From Anthoceros angustus (lineage: Eukaryota > Plantae > Anthocerotophyta), in assembly GCA_010909165.1 (NCBI GenBank), contig VJWM01000025.1:620001-684000 (forward strand): 64,000 nucleotides of DNA, written 5' to 3'. Positions 46,775 to 59,492 of the stretch are shown in pieces. The notes under the pieces were generated by a model, which ran no database searches, had not been told where the DNA came from, and saw only the letters and a program-made list of their open reading frames with translations. The stretch's first letter is position 1. Every line of letters begins with the position of its first letter. The position numbers and the translations under genes were made by a program.

Positions 46775-49700
46775 TATTGAGATTGAAGATGGATATGTGC
46801 TTTCATTCAGTGTCGGGATAATTACAATGTTGAGCGTTCATGTGTGTCCTTAATGCATGCGGTGCTACGTGAAGAGGTGTGTCTCATTGGTTGATGCCTC
46901 TTGGATGAAGAGCTGCTGGTGACGGGTCTTGGTCACTCCATTACTCCCGCTCGGCTCTAGCATCCGGACTTGTAAGAGATGAAGAATCGGATGAGGTTAC
47001 GAGGTCCGCGAGGCCTAAAGGTGAAGTGAGTGCTTCATGCTTGGCTTTGCCTAGCGACTTAGTGAGGAGGTCGGCTAAGTTGGACTCGTGAGGAACATAT
47101 AGAAGCTTGACAAGACTTCTCGCCATGTCGCCTCACAAAGTGATAAGCAACTTCTATGTGCTTTGTTCTAGCGTGAAATCTGTCACCCTTGGTTAAAGCA
47201 ATAGCTGCGGTCTTGTCACAGGTAGAAATGTAGTCACCAGGTAGCCAAGATCTTCAAGGATGCACTGCGGTGTACAATTTCTTTTCCGGCCTTGGATAGG
47301 GCTCCATATTCGCCAAAGCACTAGATGTAGAAATCGTGGCAAGCTTCTTGCTTGACCATGATACATTGATCCTCCCAGTGAAAACATAGGTGCAACACTT
47401 GACGAGCATCGTGGTCCATGCCCGCCCAGACATCCAGCCTCAAAGTTAAGCACTGCTACTTGACCTCTTGTAAGTGATTCCACGGTGAGTTGTGCCCTTC
47501 AAATAACGATAGATTCTCTTCACGCACATCCAATTTGCCTTGCCGGATTAGACATGAACTGCTACACTAGAGGCGATAGGAAATGTCAGCACGTGTCCAA
47601 CCATGCAAGTAGATAAGATCGCCAATGCCAAGGTAAGGGACCTTGGCCATGTCCTCCTTTTCTACCTCGCTAGGGGCACACGAGGTGAGTTTGATTCCAA
47701 ACAAAGTGGTGTTGGGGCAGTGCATCCGAGAGCTTGAACCTATCTAGAATTTCAAGTACATACTTTGATCAAGCAAGGATAGAGTGCATGCCTTTCTATC
47801 TCGGATTTGTACACCGAGACAATACTCAGGGCCCTATGTCCCTCATCTTAAACTTAGCGAAGCATCTCCTTTACATCTACAAGCGACTTTCGGGTCATTG
47901 GTAAACATGATGCGATCGTCGACATAGACAACGCCAGAATTTGTCTCCTCTCGCAGCAAGTATAAGTTCGTCTAAGGTCTTGACGAAGCCAAATCGAATA
48001 AGGTGGCCGCCAATCACGTAGAATTCGTGGTGATTGCTTGAGGCCAGACAGCCCTTGAGGAGCTTGCACTGTGTAGGTCTCTTGGGGTCAACATACATCG
48101 GTGGTTGCTCCATGTAAATCTCCTCCTTTAGTGTGGCATAGAGGAAGGTCCGAAATGTCCGGTTGATGTACATCAAGGTCGTGCTCGGCCGCAATTGCCG
48201 AAGGAATCGGCAGTTGAGCAGCCACCACGGTGCATAAATGTTATCTCCGTAGTCAAGGCCGGGCCTTTGGTAGCCCTTGACCACCACCTTGCCTTGAGTC
48301 TTTCTGTTCCATCGATTTGACTTTCGTTTGAAGGTCCATTTGCATTTAATGGCCTTGCGGAGGGAGTGGGGTGAGCACCCATGTCTTTAGTTCGATGAGT
48401 GAATCGTACTCTTGGATTGCCTTGATCCACCCTTCCTTGTCGTGATTTGAGTGCTTCTTCCAGCTTGCGGGCTCTAGCACATGAGTGGCGGCCGGCCTAG
48501 CCCTTGCCATGAGATTGTTCGGGGCCTCATGCCCGTCAGACATGGTTTCCATTTCGAAGCATCGAGCGGCTTCTACAATGTTAGTTGAGGAACAATGCCA
48601 GAGAGCATCTCACAGGACATGATAGGCATCCAGCAAGGTGTCGCCTACGAACTCGGTAGATTGACGTCTCTGGAATGATGGTCGGGAAGAAGGTTGTCTT
48701 TGCGGTGAGTTAGAAGAGTGAGCGTCGATCACCTCCAACATCCTCGGTCTCCGCCAAGATCCGATCTCCTCCAAAGATGGACGACCGGAGAGCAATGGAT
48801 CGCCTGAGGGTTGACCAAGGGGTTGGTGCGGGCGTTGTTGAGGATCTCAATCTCGGGCTCAATGTCCTCCTCCACATGGCGGCGGAGGAGTCAAGGTCGG
48901 GTAAGAGCCAATGAGACTCCAGCCTCTGTAAAACTAGAAGAGGAATCCGGTGTTCACGCACATAAACACTCAGAGATTGTAACTGATGGGAGTTTGGGTG
49001 AATGAGCTTGTAGCCTTTGACCCCGTCCATATATCCAACAAATATGAGCTCGTGCTCGAGGATCGAATTTACTAGTCTTGGAATCAAGAGCATGGCGCTT
49101 CTCCTTGGGAATCCAAGAGTAAGCTTGAGACAACACACGAAGGTGGGTCAAGGAGGGCTTGATGCCACTCCAAACCTCAAAGGGTGTCATGTCCGGAGTG
49201 ATGTGGGCGGGCGATTCACTAAGTGTGTGGGGAAACCGCCTCACCTCAGAACCACGTGATGATGTGAATGAGCCAACATGGCCTGGCCATCTCGCAAACG
49301 CCGACAATTCTCCGCAACACCGTTGTGCGTGAGCATAGGGAGCGATCACTGTCGAGTTATTCCTCGAGAGGTAGGAGGTGAACTCACAGACATGAACTCA
49401 CCTCCACCATCCGAAAAGACATTTAAGCTTGCTAGTCCGACGCTCGCCATCGCATGGAATTCCGAAACTTAGCGAAAACCTCACTCTTGAGACGCAGAAA
49501 ATAGGTGTGAACCATACGGGTTTGTCATCGACCACGGGCATAAAGTAAGATGCTCCTCCAAACGAGTGAGTTGACATAGGCCCGCAGAGATCGATGTGTA
49601 CCGGGTAGCTCGGTTGCGGTGAGTGGAGGCACGAGGGTATGGTGTCTCTTTACTTTTACCGAGCATACCTCACAAGAGCGAGTCAGAACTCGGTAGAGGC

Positions 49701-51548
49701 TCGCATATAGCCGACTCGCATCTCCTTCATACGCTTGATTGGGATGTCCCAGCGTAGATGCCATAGCTTTGTTACTTGATTTATTTGAAGTCCGAGCCAA
49801 GAGGGTTGATCCAAGGGTAGCGATCGCTTCAAGAGTGTAGAGCCGATCCTCCTTCTCTCCGTGGCGATAACCGCAAGGGATTTTCATACAGGAAATCTCA
49901 CACTGGGCCTTGAAGTGTACCTCATGTTTCTTGTCGTCTGTCAGGCTGCTCACTGAGACAAGGTTCTTTGCTACCTTAGGTACGTGAAGCACGTCTGTCA
50001 GGGTTATAGTGCCACCAGTCTTGCACGTTAGGGTAACCGTGCTAGTGCCACAAACATTTGCGATCGGTTATGCGCAACATAAATCGACCCTCCCTCCCCG
50101 GTGGTTTGTAGGTGGAGAAGCAGCTGCGTTCCTTACAGATGTGAGCGGAAGCTCCGCTGTCTAAGTACCATGAGGAGCAAATCACACCGCCGGGTGTGAG
50201 AGCGTGATGAGGATTGTTGGCACCGCACAACATTAGCACTTTGGGGACCGCTTCTTGGTTCGCCGCTTGTTTACTCACTCTCGCTCATAGTGCCCTAGTT
50301 TTCTGCAGCGGCTCCTTTTCGACGGGATTGGCAGGGCCTGAAGAAGACGAACTCTCTCCTCCCTTCCCCGCTAGCGTTTATTTCTTGGTTGTCTTTGCCC
50401 GTTTGGCCCTGAGATGAACAAGGCATGTCCTGGGGCAGCGCTTCTTGAGGATCCTGGCAGAGTCTTCCTCTATGACAGCCGCTATGACCTCTGAGAGGGT
50501 CATCTCGTCTCCAAGTTTTAATTTCTTTGCGAGTTGTGATTGTTTGATAAGGCCGTTTTGTGTGGCTGTGAAGGTACGCCAGCTTTGTGGTAGTGTCATG
50601 AGGAGGGCTATGGCCGCCTCAGGCTCTGAGAGAGTTGTACCACAAGAGGCCAGTCTTGCTCTTAGGGTTCGGAAAGTGCTCAGATGTGAGTGGATGCTCT
50701 CCCCGTCCTTATATTTAAGGAGGTGAAAGTTCCTTGTCGCTGTGGCAACGTGCTGTGGATCAGTTGCTTCATACATCTGGCGAAAGCGCTCCCAGATGTT
50801 GTGGGACGTAGGTGCACCAAAGGTATGATGCACCATGTCCTTATCCAGTCCTGCAATTAAGAGGTTTCTGGCTTTCCTGTCTGATTTGTTCCAGTGATCA
50901 AGATCTGGACCTGCGGAATTAGGGCAAGGGAGCGATCCGTCGACTATTGTCCACAAATCGGCATCTTCCAAGTGCCCTCTCATTCTCGTAGACCACACAT
51001 CGTAATCGGTACCAGTGAATCTATCTTTTTCCTTGATTTCGATCACGGGCGGTGAGGTATCCGAGGTTAGGTTGAGCTCCTCCACTTGCTCCTCACGGTC
51101 CCTCCACCGGCTCCTCCGGCTCGACATGATGTCGATTTGTTGTAAGTCTCAGGCTTCACCGTGCTGTTGGTTGCGCTATTTGATGTTCTTGGTGAGGTAG
51201 AAGTCGTCGGTGGTTGTAGGAAATCGAGGAGGCGGGAAAATGTTCCCCATGTGGCGGTGCACGATGCACGCGTATTCCCCACATTACGAGCCATGGCTTT
51301 TAACCACGAAACTTCAAGCGCATGTCACGGTAGGCCTTTCATCACGATAGGCTTTTCATCACGGCATGGCTCTGATACCATATTGAGATTGAAGATGGAT
51401 ATGTGCTTTCATTCGGTCGGGATAATTACAATGTTGGCGTTCATGTGTGTCCTTAATCTGTGCAGGGTGCTACGTGAAGAGGTGTGTCTGTTGGTTGATG
51501 CCTCTTGGATGAAGAGTCGGTGACGGGTCTTGGACTATCACTCCATTA
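46775..51548 (-). mobile_element. Full-length Ty1/copia retrotransposon (copia-2, 4,774 bp) with TA...TA LTR termini
   Basis: LTRs 46775-46943 and 51381-51548. PBS GCTCTGATACCA at 51369-51380. PPT complement CTCCCGCTC at 46944. TSD CATGC at 46770-46774 and 51549-51553. gag ORF 50378-51127, protease WYLDSGASAHIC, integrase (TPFEVWSGIKPSL), RT (LYATLKEEIYMEQP) and RNase H (LADLLTKSL). Confidence 0.95.
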
Positions 51549-54500
51549 CATGCGCATTCGCAATGGGAAGCACAAGTCCTAGCTCCTTACTCCATCCGGT
51601 GCATCATTCGCAAACTTGGCAACAACCATAACGAGGAAGCGGTAATTGTCCACCGCAGGTTCATAGTCGCTACATATAGTTTGGGAGCACCACGATTAAG
51701 GATAAATCTAGAATCTTGATTGCGGACCACCACGATGACGATTGAAAGGATCGATATCAAAGCGATCCGTGCATTGTCAACCCCGGAAGGCATGGTGCTT
51801 GATGAAAAGATGCAATCACAGGAATGGTGTGAACTTGCAGCAATGTTAGTGAGATCCATGACAATGAAAATACATGTACAAGTCCAAGCTATAGCTGATG
51901 TCTAGAGAGTCTACATGGCTAAAGCGAAGAACATCATAATTTTTGAAGGGGTGAATAATCTGAGGGTTTTCCATAAATAATCTCTAAAGGGGGTTTTTGA
52001 TGGGCCCTAAAACAGCGTTTTTAAGGCATTCCGGAAAACATCTCCGAAAAAAAGGGTGTCACTCACTTAAGTTCGTACTTTCCATCCAGCAATGTTTGTG
52101 TCGAATGGTCGTCACAAACTCGAACCTATGGGATTAATACAAAGTAGGAACGGTAAGAAAAGCCGTTCTTGCCAGGAAGGGACGACTGTAAATTCAGTTT
52201 TGGGAGGAAAATGTGGTTTAGTAAGGATACAGCAAAAGCCACGGACAGGGTACTTCCAAAACACAGTAACATTTGGGACCAGACGCACAACATTCACTCT
52301 GGGACCCCGGGACAAACCGTGATTTCAGTTTCACTCATCACCAGAGTTCAATCCTTCGTCATCACTTGGTCCAACTTCTCCAAAGATCATTATCATCATC
52401 TTCACAGCACTTTGACCGCAATTTATATGAAGCCGCCGCAACTCGCAGCTTATCCCTTATCGCTTTTGTCCACCGCATACAAATGTTTCTATCGTTCACA
52501 CAAACCCATGTCTGGATGGGTATTTCATTCTGAAACACCTCCACAGATGTTTTTGGGTAATGGACCTTATTCCTTTTTTCCCCTGCAGACGCACTGTGGG
52601 TTGGCACTCTAACGGACTATGTATTCCTATACATATCTCCCTCGTATGCATCCGTGTGCTCGGTCCGATACTGCTGGTTAAGAAAAGTGAGGTCGTGGTG
52701 CATCTAGCTCACACAATGACTCTCCTCAATCCGTATGGCTCGTAGGTCTGTAGTGCACGACCGCTGAAACATCCCTTCCGGACGCATTATGTCCCCATTC
52801 ATCCACGCCATTCCACTATTGCCTTCCCAAGATTTTGATATGCCCCTGGCACATATCACGTTGTGGGAGGTCCCTCGATAATGCCTCATCCAAGAAAGCT
52901 TCATCCGCACTTGAAGTGGTCAGTCAGATGATCCACTTACGCGTGAAACCACTTCCAAGGATGCCGTAGCACTAGCCCAATGTTATTCTTCATACGATAG
53001 CAATCTCCTCCGTCCACCCAAAAGGCTTCCCACCACTTGTACTCTTCAGCAGTCACCTATGGACGTGTGGTGACCACATGGGTACTCAGACCCCTGAAAG
53101 GAGTATGTTTTGTGTTTAAGTTGCGAGAATCGTGTGGAGTTGGAATGTGAAGTAGGTTAGGAAATAAAGAAAAGTCTACTAGAGCCTAGTAGGAGGAAGA
53201 GAGTCTAGTCCCGATCCCGGATGTAACCTGAGGGTTGGCCGACCGTTGCTAACGCAGGGGCCGCTGTTACAGTGGCGCTATGACCACAACCGACGGAGCC
53301 TGCTATGGTAGCAACCAAGTTGGAGTTTCTTTCGATGACTTGGAAAATCCAATCGATGGAATCACAAGGAATACCCAAACGGAAGTAACGGGGTCCTATT
53401 GGCAATTAAGTCCAGTATGGAAGAGTATTTGCATCGAATCCAGCGGATTGAAGATGGATATGTGCTTTCATTCGGTGTCGGATAATTACAATGTTGAGCG
53501 CTCATGTGTCCTTAATGCAGTGTGGTGCTACGTGAAGAGGTGTGTCTGTTGGTTGATGCCTCTTGGATGAAGAGCTGCTGGTGACGGGTCTTGGACTGTC
53601 ACTCCATTACATGCGCATTCGCAATGGGAAGCACAAGTCCTAGCTCCTTACTCCATCTGGTGCATCATTCGGCAAACTTGGCAAATAACCATAACGAAGG
53701 AAGCGGTAATTGTCCACCGCAGTTCATAGTCGTCTACATATAGTTTGGGAGCACCACGATTAAGGATACGTCTAGAATCTTCGAGTTGCGGACCACCACG
53801 ATAGACGATTGAAAGGGGATCGATATCAAACAGTCCAGCGATGCCCCGCATTGTCAACCCCGGAAGGCATGGTGCTTGATGAAAAGATGCAATCACAGGA
53901 ATGGTGTGAACTTGCAGCAATGTTACAGTGAGATCCATGACAATGAAAATACATGTACAAGTCCAAGCTATAGCGCTGATGTCTAGAGAGTCTACATGGC
54001 TAAACGAAGAACATCATAATTTTTGAAGGGGGTGAATAATCTCGGAGGGGTTTTCCATAAATAATCTCTAAAGGGGGTTTTTGATGGGCCCTAAAACAGC
54101 GTTTTTAAGGCATTCCGGAAAACATCTCCGAAAAAAAGGGTGTCACTCACTTAAGTTCGTACTTTCCATCCAGCAATGTTTGTGTCGAATGGTCGTCACA
54201 AACTCGAACCTATGGGATTAATACAAAGTAGAACGAAGGTTCTTGCCGGAAGGGACGATCAGAATTCAGCTTTTGGGAGGAAAATGTGGTTTAGTAAGGA
54301 TACAAAAAAGCCACAGTGGTACTTCCAAAACATGTAACATATTTGGGACCAGACGACAACATTCACTGGGACCCCGGACAAACCGTGATTTCGCTTTCAC
54401 TCATCACCGAGTTCAATCCTTCGTCATCACTTGGTCCAACTTCTCCAAAGATTGCCATCACTATCTTCGGCACTTTGACTCAAGCTATATGCCGCAACTC

Positions 54501-55533
54501 CGCAGTAGCTTATCCCTTATCGCTTTTGTCCACCGCATACAAATGTTTCTATGCTCAACACAACCATAATATGATGGTCGTTTCATTCACAAACACCTCC
54601 TGTATGTTTTTTGGGTAATGGACCTTATTCCCTTTTTTCCTCGGCATCAGACCAGGTGGGTTGGCACTCTAACGGACTATGTATTCCTATACATATCTCC
54701 CTTCGTATGCATCTGTGTGCTCGGTCCGATACCAGTGGTTAAGAAAGTGAGGTCGTGGTGCATCTAGCTTCGCGTCAATGACTCTCCTCAATCCAGATGG
54801 CCTGTTATGCGGTGTCGCGTAGTGCACGACCGCTGAAACATCCCTTCCGGACGCATTATGTCCCCATTCATCCACGCCATTCCACTATTGCCTTCCTGAT
54901 TTTGATATGCCCCAAGTACATATCACGCTGTGGAGGTCCCTCGATAATGCCTCATCCAAAGAAAGCTTCATCCAAGACTTGAAGTGGTCAGTCAGATGAT
55001 CCACTCGCACGCAAAAACCACTTCCAAGGATGCCGTAGCACTAGCCCAATGTTATTCTTCACAATGATAGCAATCTCCTTCTCGGTCCACCCAAAAGGCT
55101 TCCCACCACTTGTACTCTTCGATACCTATGGACGGTGGTGACCACATGGGTACTCGCACCCCCTGAAAGGAGTGTTTTTTTTTTGTTTTGTGTTTAAGTT
55201 GCGAGAATCGTGTGGAGTTGGAATGTGAAGTAGGTTAGGAAATAAAGAAAAGTCTACTAGAGCCTAGTAGGAGGAAGAGAGTCTAGTCCCGATCCCGGAT
55301 GTAACCCTCGAGGGTTCGCTCGACCGTTGCTAACGCGGCTAGGGCCGTTGTGGTCGCTATGACCACAACCGACGGAGCCTGCTATGGTAGCAACCAAGTT
55401 GGAGTTTCTTTCGATGACTTGGAAAATCCAATCGATGGAATCACAAGGAATACCCAAACGGAAGTAACGGGGTCCTATTGGCAATTAAGTCCAGTATGGA
55501 AGAGTATTTGCATCGAATCCAGCGGATTGAAGA
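51387..55533. repeat. ~2.07-kb tandem duplication (51387-53445 vs 53446-55533), including a third, 5'-clipped copia-2 LTR at 53446-53609
   Basis: GATTGAAGA at 51387, 53446 and 55525 marks both ends and the junction. Sequence between is colinear. Confidence 0.9.
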
Positions 55534-58210
55534 CGGCGCCGCGCCTAATTCGAGCGCGACCGGGTGGAGGCCGGAGCGAACGCCGGACGGATGCAAGGCG
55601 TGTCACGGGATCGTGGCCCGGTAGCAGCGCCGAGGAGACCAAACCGGCGGATTGAGAGGGGCTGGAGGAAGGAGCAAACCGGAGGCTGACCCGAGAGGCG
55701 GAAGGCGGTTCAGTGGAGAACGCCCAAAGTGCGCGCGGGCAATGGGAGGCAGCCGCGCCAGAAATCTCCACCGCGAGTGGGGAGTAATCGGGCCGCAACT
55801 CGGAGAAGGCTAGGCGGCTGTGGCGACCGTGCCGCAGAAGCTAACAAGAGTGGGCAAGCCTGATCCGGGGCCGGAACCGTCGGAAAAGAGAAGTGTGCAA
55901 CGGGCAGCCGAATCGGAGGCACGCACTCGGGAGGTCGGTGGGCAAGACAAAGCGCACTAGGGTCGCCGCTAACTGGTTGTAGGATACACCTCCAAGCCTC
56001 ATACAACCGAGGTAGGCGTGATCGGCCCGAGCCGAGGTGGAGGTGTATTGGCGTGGGGTTTCACCAGAGGAGCCGGTGTCAAGCGAATACAGTAACGGGC
56101 GAAGCATAGATTGTAGCCGGACACCTTTGCTCGAAGCTCTAAGCTTGTGTCATAGGACAGGAGCATGGCACCTAAGAAGAACCCTCCGGCCGCCATTGAG
56201 GCCATTACGACCGCCCAATGGCCCAATATGGGGCAATCGGAGAGTGAAGGCGGGGTCTTTAGTGGCTAAGCATCACCGTCCTTCATGGACAAAAAGTGGT
56301 GCTACAATAGCCCTACGTTGGTTTTGGAGTGCAGGGGCATGAGGGAGAAGGCCATTGGGGAAGGCAACGTGAGGACCAACCCCGCACTGGAATATTCAAA
56401 TTGCTCCGGCCGCTTATGAGAGACCAAGAGGAATGTGGCGGGATAATCATTGACCCTTTCAGAAACCATCTCCTCAAAAGTCGCAGGAGGCACAAGCCAT
56501 TGCTCCCACATTGTCTAGAGTGGAGAATGGGTGGGTCACCAACAAGCTAGACCACAGTGGCCGGATTAGCCAGTGATCCTGCTCTCACTCACTAAGAAGC
56601 CGGAGCACATTGTCGACCATTTCCTTGTCTTTCTATGAGGTGGTGAGAGGGTCCAAGATAGATTGGGCCAGGATGTTCTATGACACACAGTGTGGAGAGG
56701 GACCACTTGACCCTACCATCACCTAGCCCCTCAGCTCTATCTCCCTTCTTAATCCACGTTTTGACCATGCCAAGTTGTCGGAGGGAATGGAGATGGTCTC
56801 ACCTTTCACTGGAGGCCGGTGTTTGAAAGAAGGAAGCCCAAAGAGGAGTCGAGGAAGAGGCCATCTCCGTGGCACCGGGAGTGAAGATGAGAAGTCCAAG
56901 TGTCCATGAAAGGAATGTGACTGGCTAAGGTAGCACCATGTTGCTAATAAGGCAACTTGCTAAGGCCCCAACAGTACCAAGAGGAGCCGGGGAGCAACGG
57001 GACTCCAACAACACCTAGAGCCACAAGAGCGCGACGGGAGCTCACCGACAGAAGCAAGACAAGGGCAAGGCTGTGGCAGCACTGCTCAGAGCCGTGGGCT
57101 GGGAAACCAGTCAACAGGAGGAATCGGCCCAACCTTGGGCACCCGAGTGATCCGAGAAAGCGACTACTGCTCAAGGGTGGCTTTCAAGTATACCGGAAGT
57201 TGTGAGGGGGTCACCACAGACAGGGAAGGAGGGAGCCCATTCCCAGAAGGTTGGGACCTAACATCACCCTCGGAGTTGGTTTCAGCTATGGCACGCACTG
57301 TGGTGAGATGGAAGATCGATAGCTCGTCCTCTCCTTGTTAGGTTTACAGTAGCAAGGGAAGCAACAGGAGCATTGGAGGAGCTCGGAAGATGAAGAAGGA
57401 GAAGGAGGTTTTGGAGGGACGCCTAAGCCATGGAAGTGGAAATAGGAAGGTCCGAGAAGAGTTGCACAAGTCTAAGGACCAGAAGCCCTCATGGCTCGGC
57501 TCTCGGACAGAGCACCATAGGAGGCTGCGAATGTTATTTCGTATGCGCGCAGGCCGAAACTCGGATGCCTCACCGAGCGCCGAAGGAGAGGGACGAGGCT
57601 AGGAAAGGTGGAAGGAGGCCAAGAGGGCTGTGGATTGCAAGGAGGGCCACCGTGGAAGAGGCGAGGCTCCTATGGAAGAATCTGTTGAGAGTTAGCAATG
57701 AGGAGGTTGCTAAGCAAGCAACGCCCGGGTTGCTAGGAAGCAACAGACTGCTCTAGGGAAGCAACAACAGCTCCAAGACCAAAGCCACAAGAAGGAAGAA
57801 AGGGGCAACAAGATCGTGAGGAGGACAACAGCTGGGGAGCGGTAAGCACCGCCTAAGAAGTCTAACTTCCCAATGGTGCATTAGATTGAGGATGCTTATC
57901 AAGATAATCATGTGCCCGGATTCTCCTTGGGGAGAGAAGATTGTCACCCGAAAGTTTATGTTGTTGTGGGCACGGGGACATGGAGGTACTTGATCCATGC
58001 CTTGACGGCACGGATCCTACCTATGGGTTGGACTCTTACGGAGGAGACTCTCACCGACCCATCCAGATTCAAGAGCTCACCGAGGAGGAGTACTGGCGAG
58101 CACAAGAGAGGAGGAGTCCAGCTGAGGAGGTGGAGATTTTGGGAGAGATTGCCCAACCAGCCAAGAGGGAAGAGCAAGAGGAGAACATGGGCTAGGCGGC
58201 CTAGGAGGCC
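55190..58210 (+). mobile_element. Probable 3' internal region of a gypsy element with a decayed extra (non-gag-pol) ORF
   Basis: ATG at 56165 (MAPKKNPP...), KIDWARMFYD...YLAPQLY motif, and a coiled-coil-like E/K/R-rich tail. Lies directly upstream of the putative LTR. Confidence 0.5.
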
Positions 58211-59492
58211 TGTGAGGGATAATAGGGTAAGTGGCCTGAAATAGATGAAGGCCCATGTGTTATAGACTGATCTTCCCTCATAGTGGATAGAATTAAGAGA
58301 TAGGCCTCTAGGACTGGTAGGCTAGGACTGATTGGTATTTTTGGCAAGTAGCCAAGCTACTTTTATGGGCTGATCTTGGGTATAAGAGGCAGCCCCTCTT
58401 GATGAAATGCAAGCAATGTTGGCCTAAAGTCTCGGTGTTTGGGGCTGAGCACGGGGTTTGGGGGCACCAAAGGCCGTGGAGTCTAGACACGCTTTCACAG
58501 GAGGAGCCGAGAAGACTACTGTTGCCCAGATCTGTGTGACCAGATCCGCAAGAGTGGTGGAAAGCAAGGGAGGAGCCGGTGGTCTCCTTGGGGAGTTCCC
58601 AAGGATAAGAGGAAGGGGTTGTGAAGCCGGGAGGCTGGCCCATTCTCTTACTCATTCCCTTCAGCTTGTCTAGTACTCACCTTGTGTTTGAGTTTTCAGG
58701 TTGAGGTCATGTGGGAAAAGGAGACAAGGCGGGAGCCCGTGTGGGTGGAAGAGAAGGTCAAGTGAGACGGAACCTGGGTTTGTATGCTTGGAAAATGTGA
58801 GCGAAAAGTGAACTGTGAGAGGAGTGGAAATCTGGACATGGAGAGTTCGATTGGGAGAGAAGTAAGAGGGATTGGAGAAGATCAGAAGTGATGTTTCGAG
58901 AAAGTGGAGATTGAATGAGGCCGTGAGGTGTGAGAACAAGGAGCGCGGAAGGGGTTGCAGAGGAAACTTGGGGAGTATGGAGAGAGGCAAGAGGTACCTG
59001 TGGAGCCGTGGAGAGCTGGGAGGACTGGAAGCTTGGGGAGGAAAGCTGAAAGGTTGGAGGAAGAAAGAGAGATCCGGGAAGCGCACTGAGTAAGGAGGTG
59101 GGTGTGATCGGTAACCACGATTGGTGGATCCGACTTTGTGGAAGGATAAGAGAGAGGGTGTCCAATCCACTTGGACCCCAAGTGGGCCCACCTTCTATTA
59201 ATAGCTGTGCCCAACCCGAGATGGGCCCCCCACTAAAATAGAGGGTGGTTGCTAAGATAGCAACTGGCCTGCTAAGGTAGCAACAGGGCGTGGCTAAGAT
59301 AGCCAGTCCGAGTTGTTAGGATAGTAGCTGGTCTCAGAATCGCTAGATGTTTTGTATGTCCGTGTTTGGATTGGCTATGTTTTGGTTGTCTTGACACGAA
59401 ATCACTCCCTTGGGTACGAATCTCAAGTCTACAACGATAAGAGGGTAAATGTGGCCTCTTTGTGACCACTTGGTTTAGAAAATCACTCCACA
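58211..59492 (+). repeat. Putative gypsy LTR (~1.28 kb)
   Basis: Ends ...CTCCACA immediately before PBS-like TTTTGGCGCCGCTGGG. The 5' TG start at 58211 is a best guess with no second copy in the window. Confidence 0.5.

Noticed and set aside
58670-59214. Minus-strand S/P/L-rich ORFs as a gene
   Set aside because: They are the complement of a purine-rich LTR-like region, with low-complexity composition.
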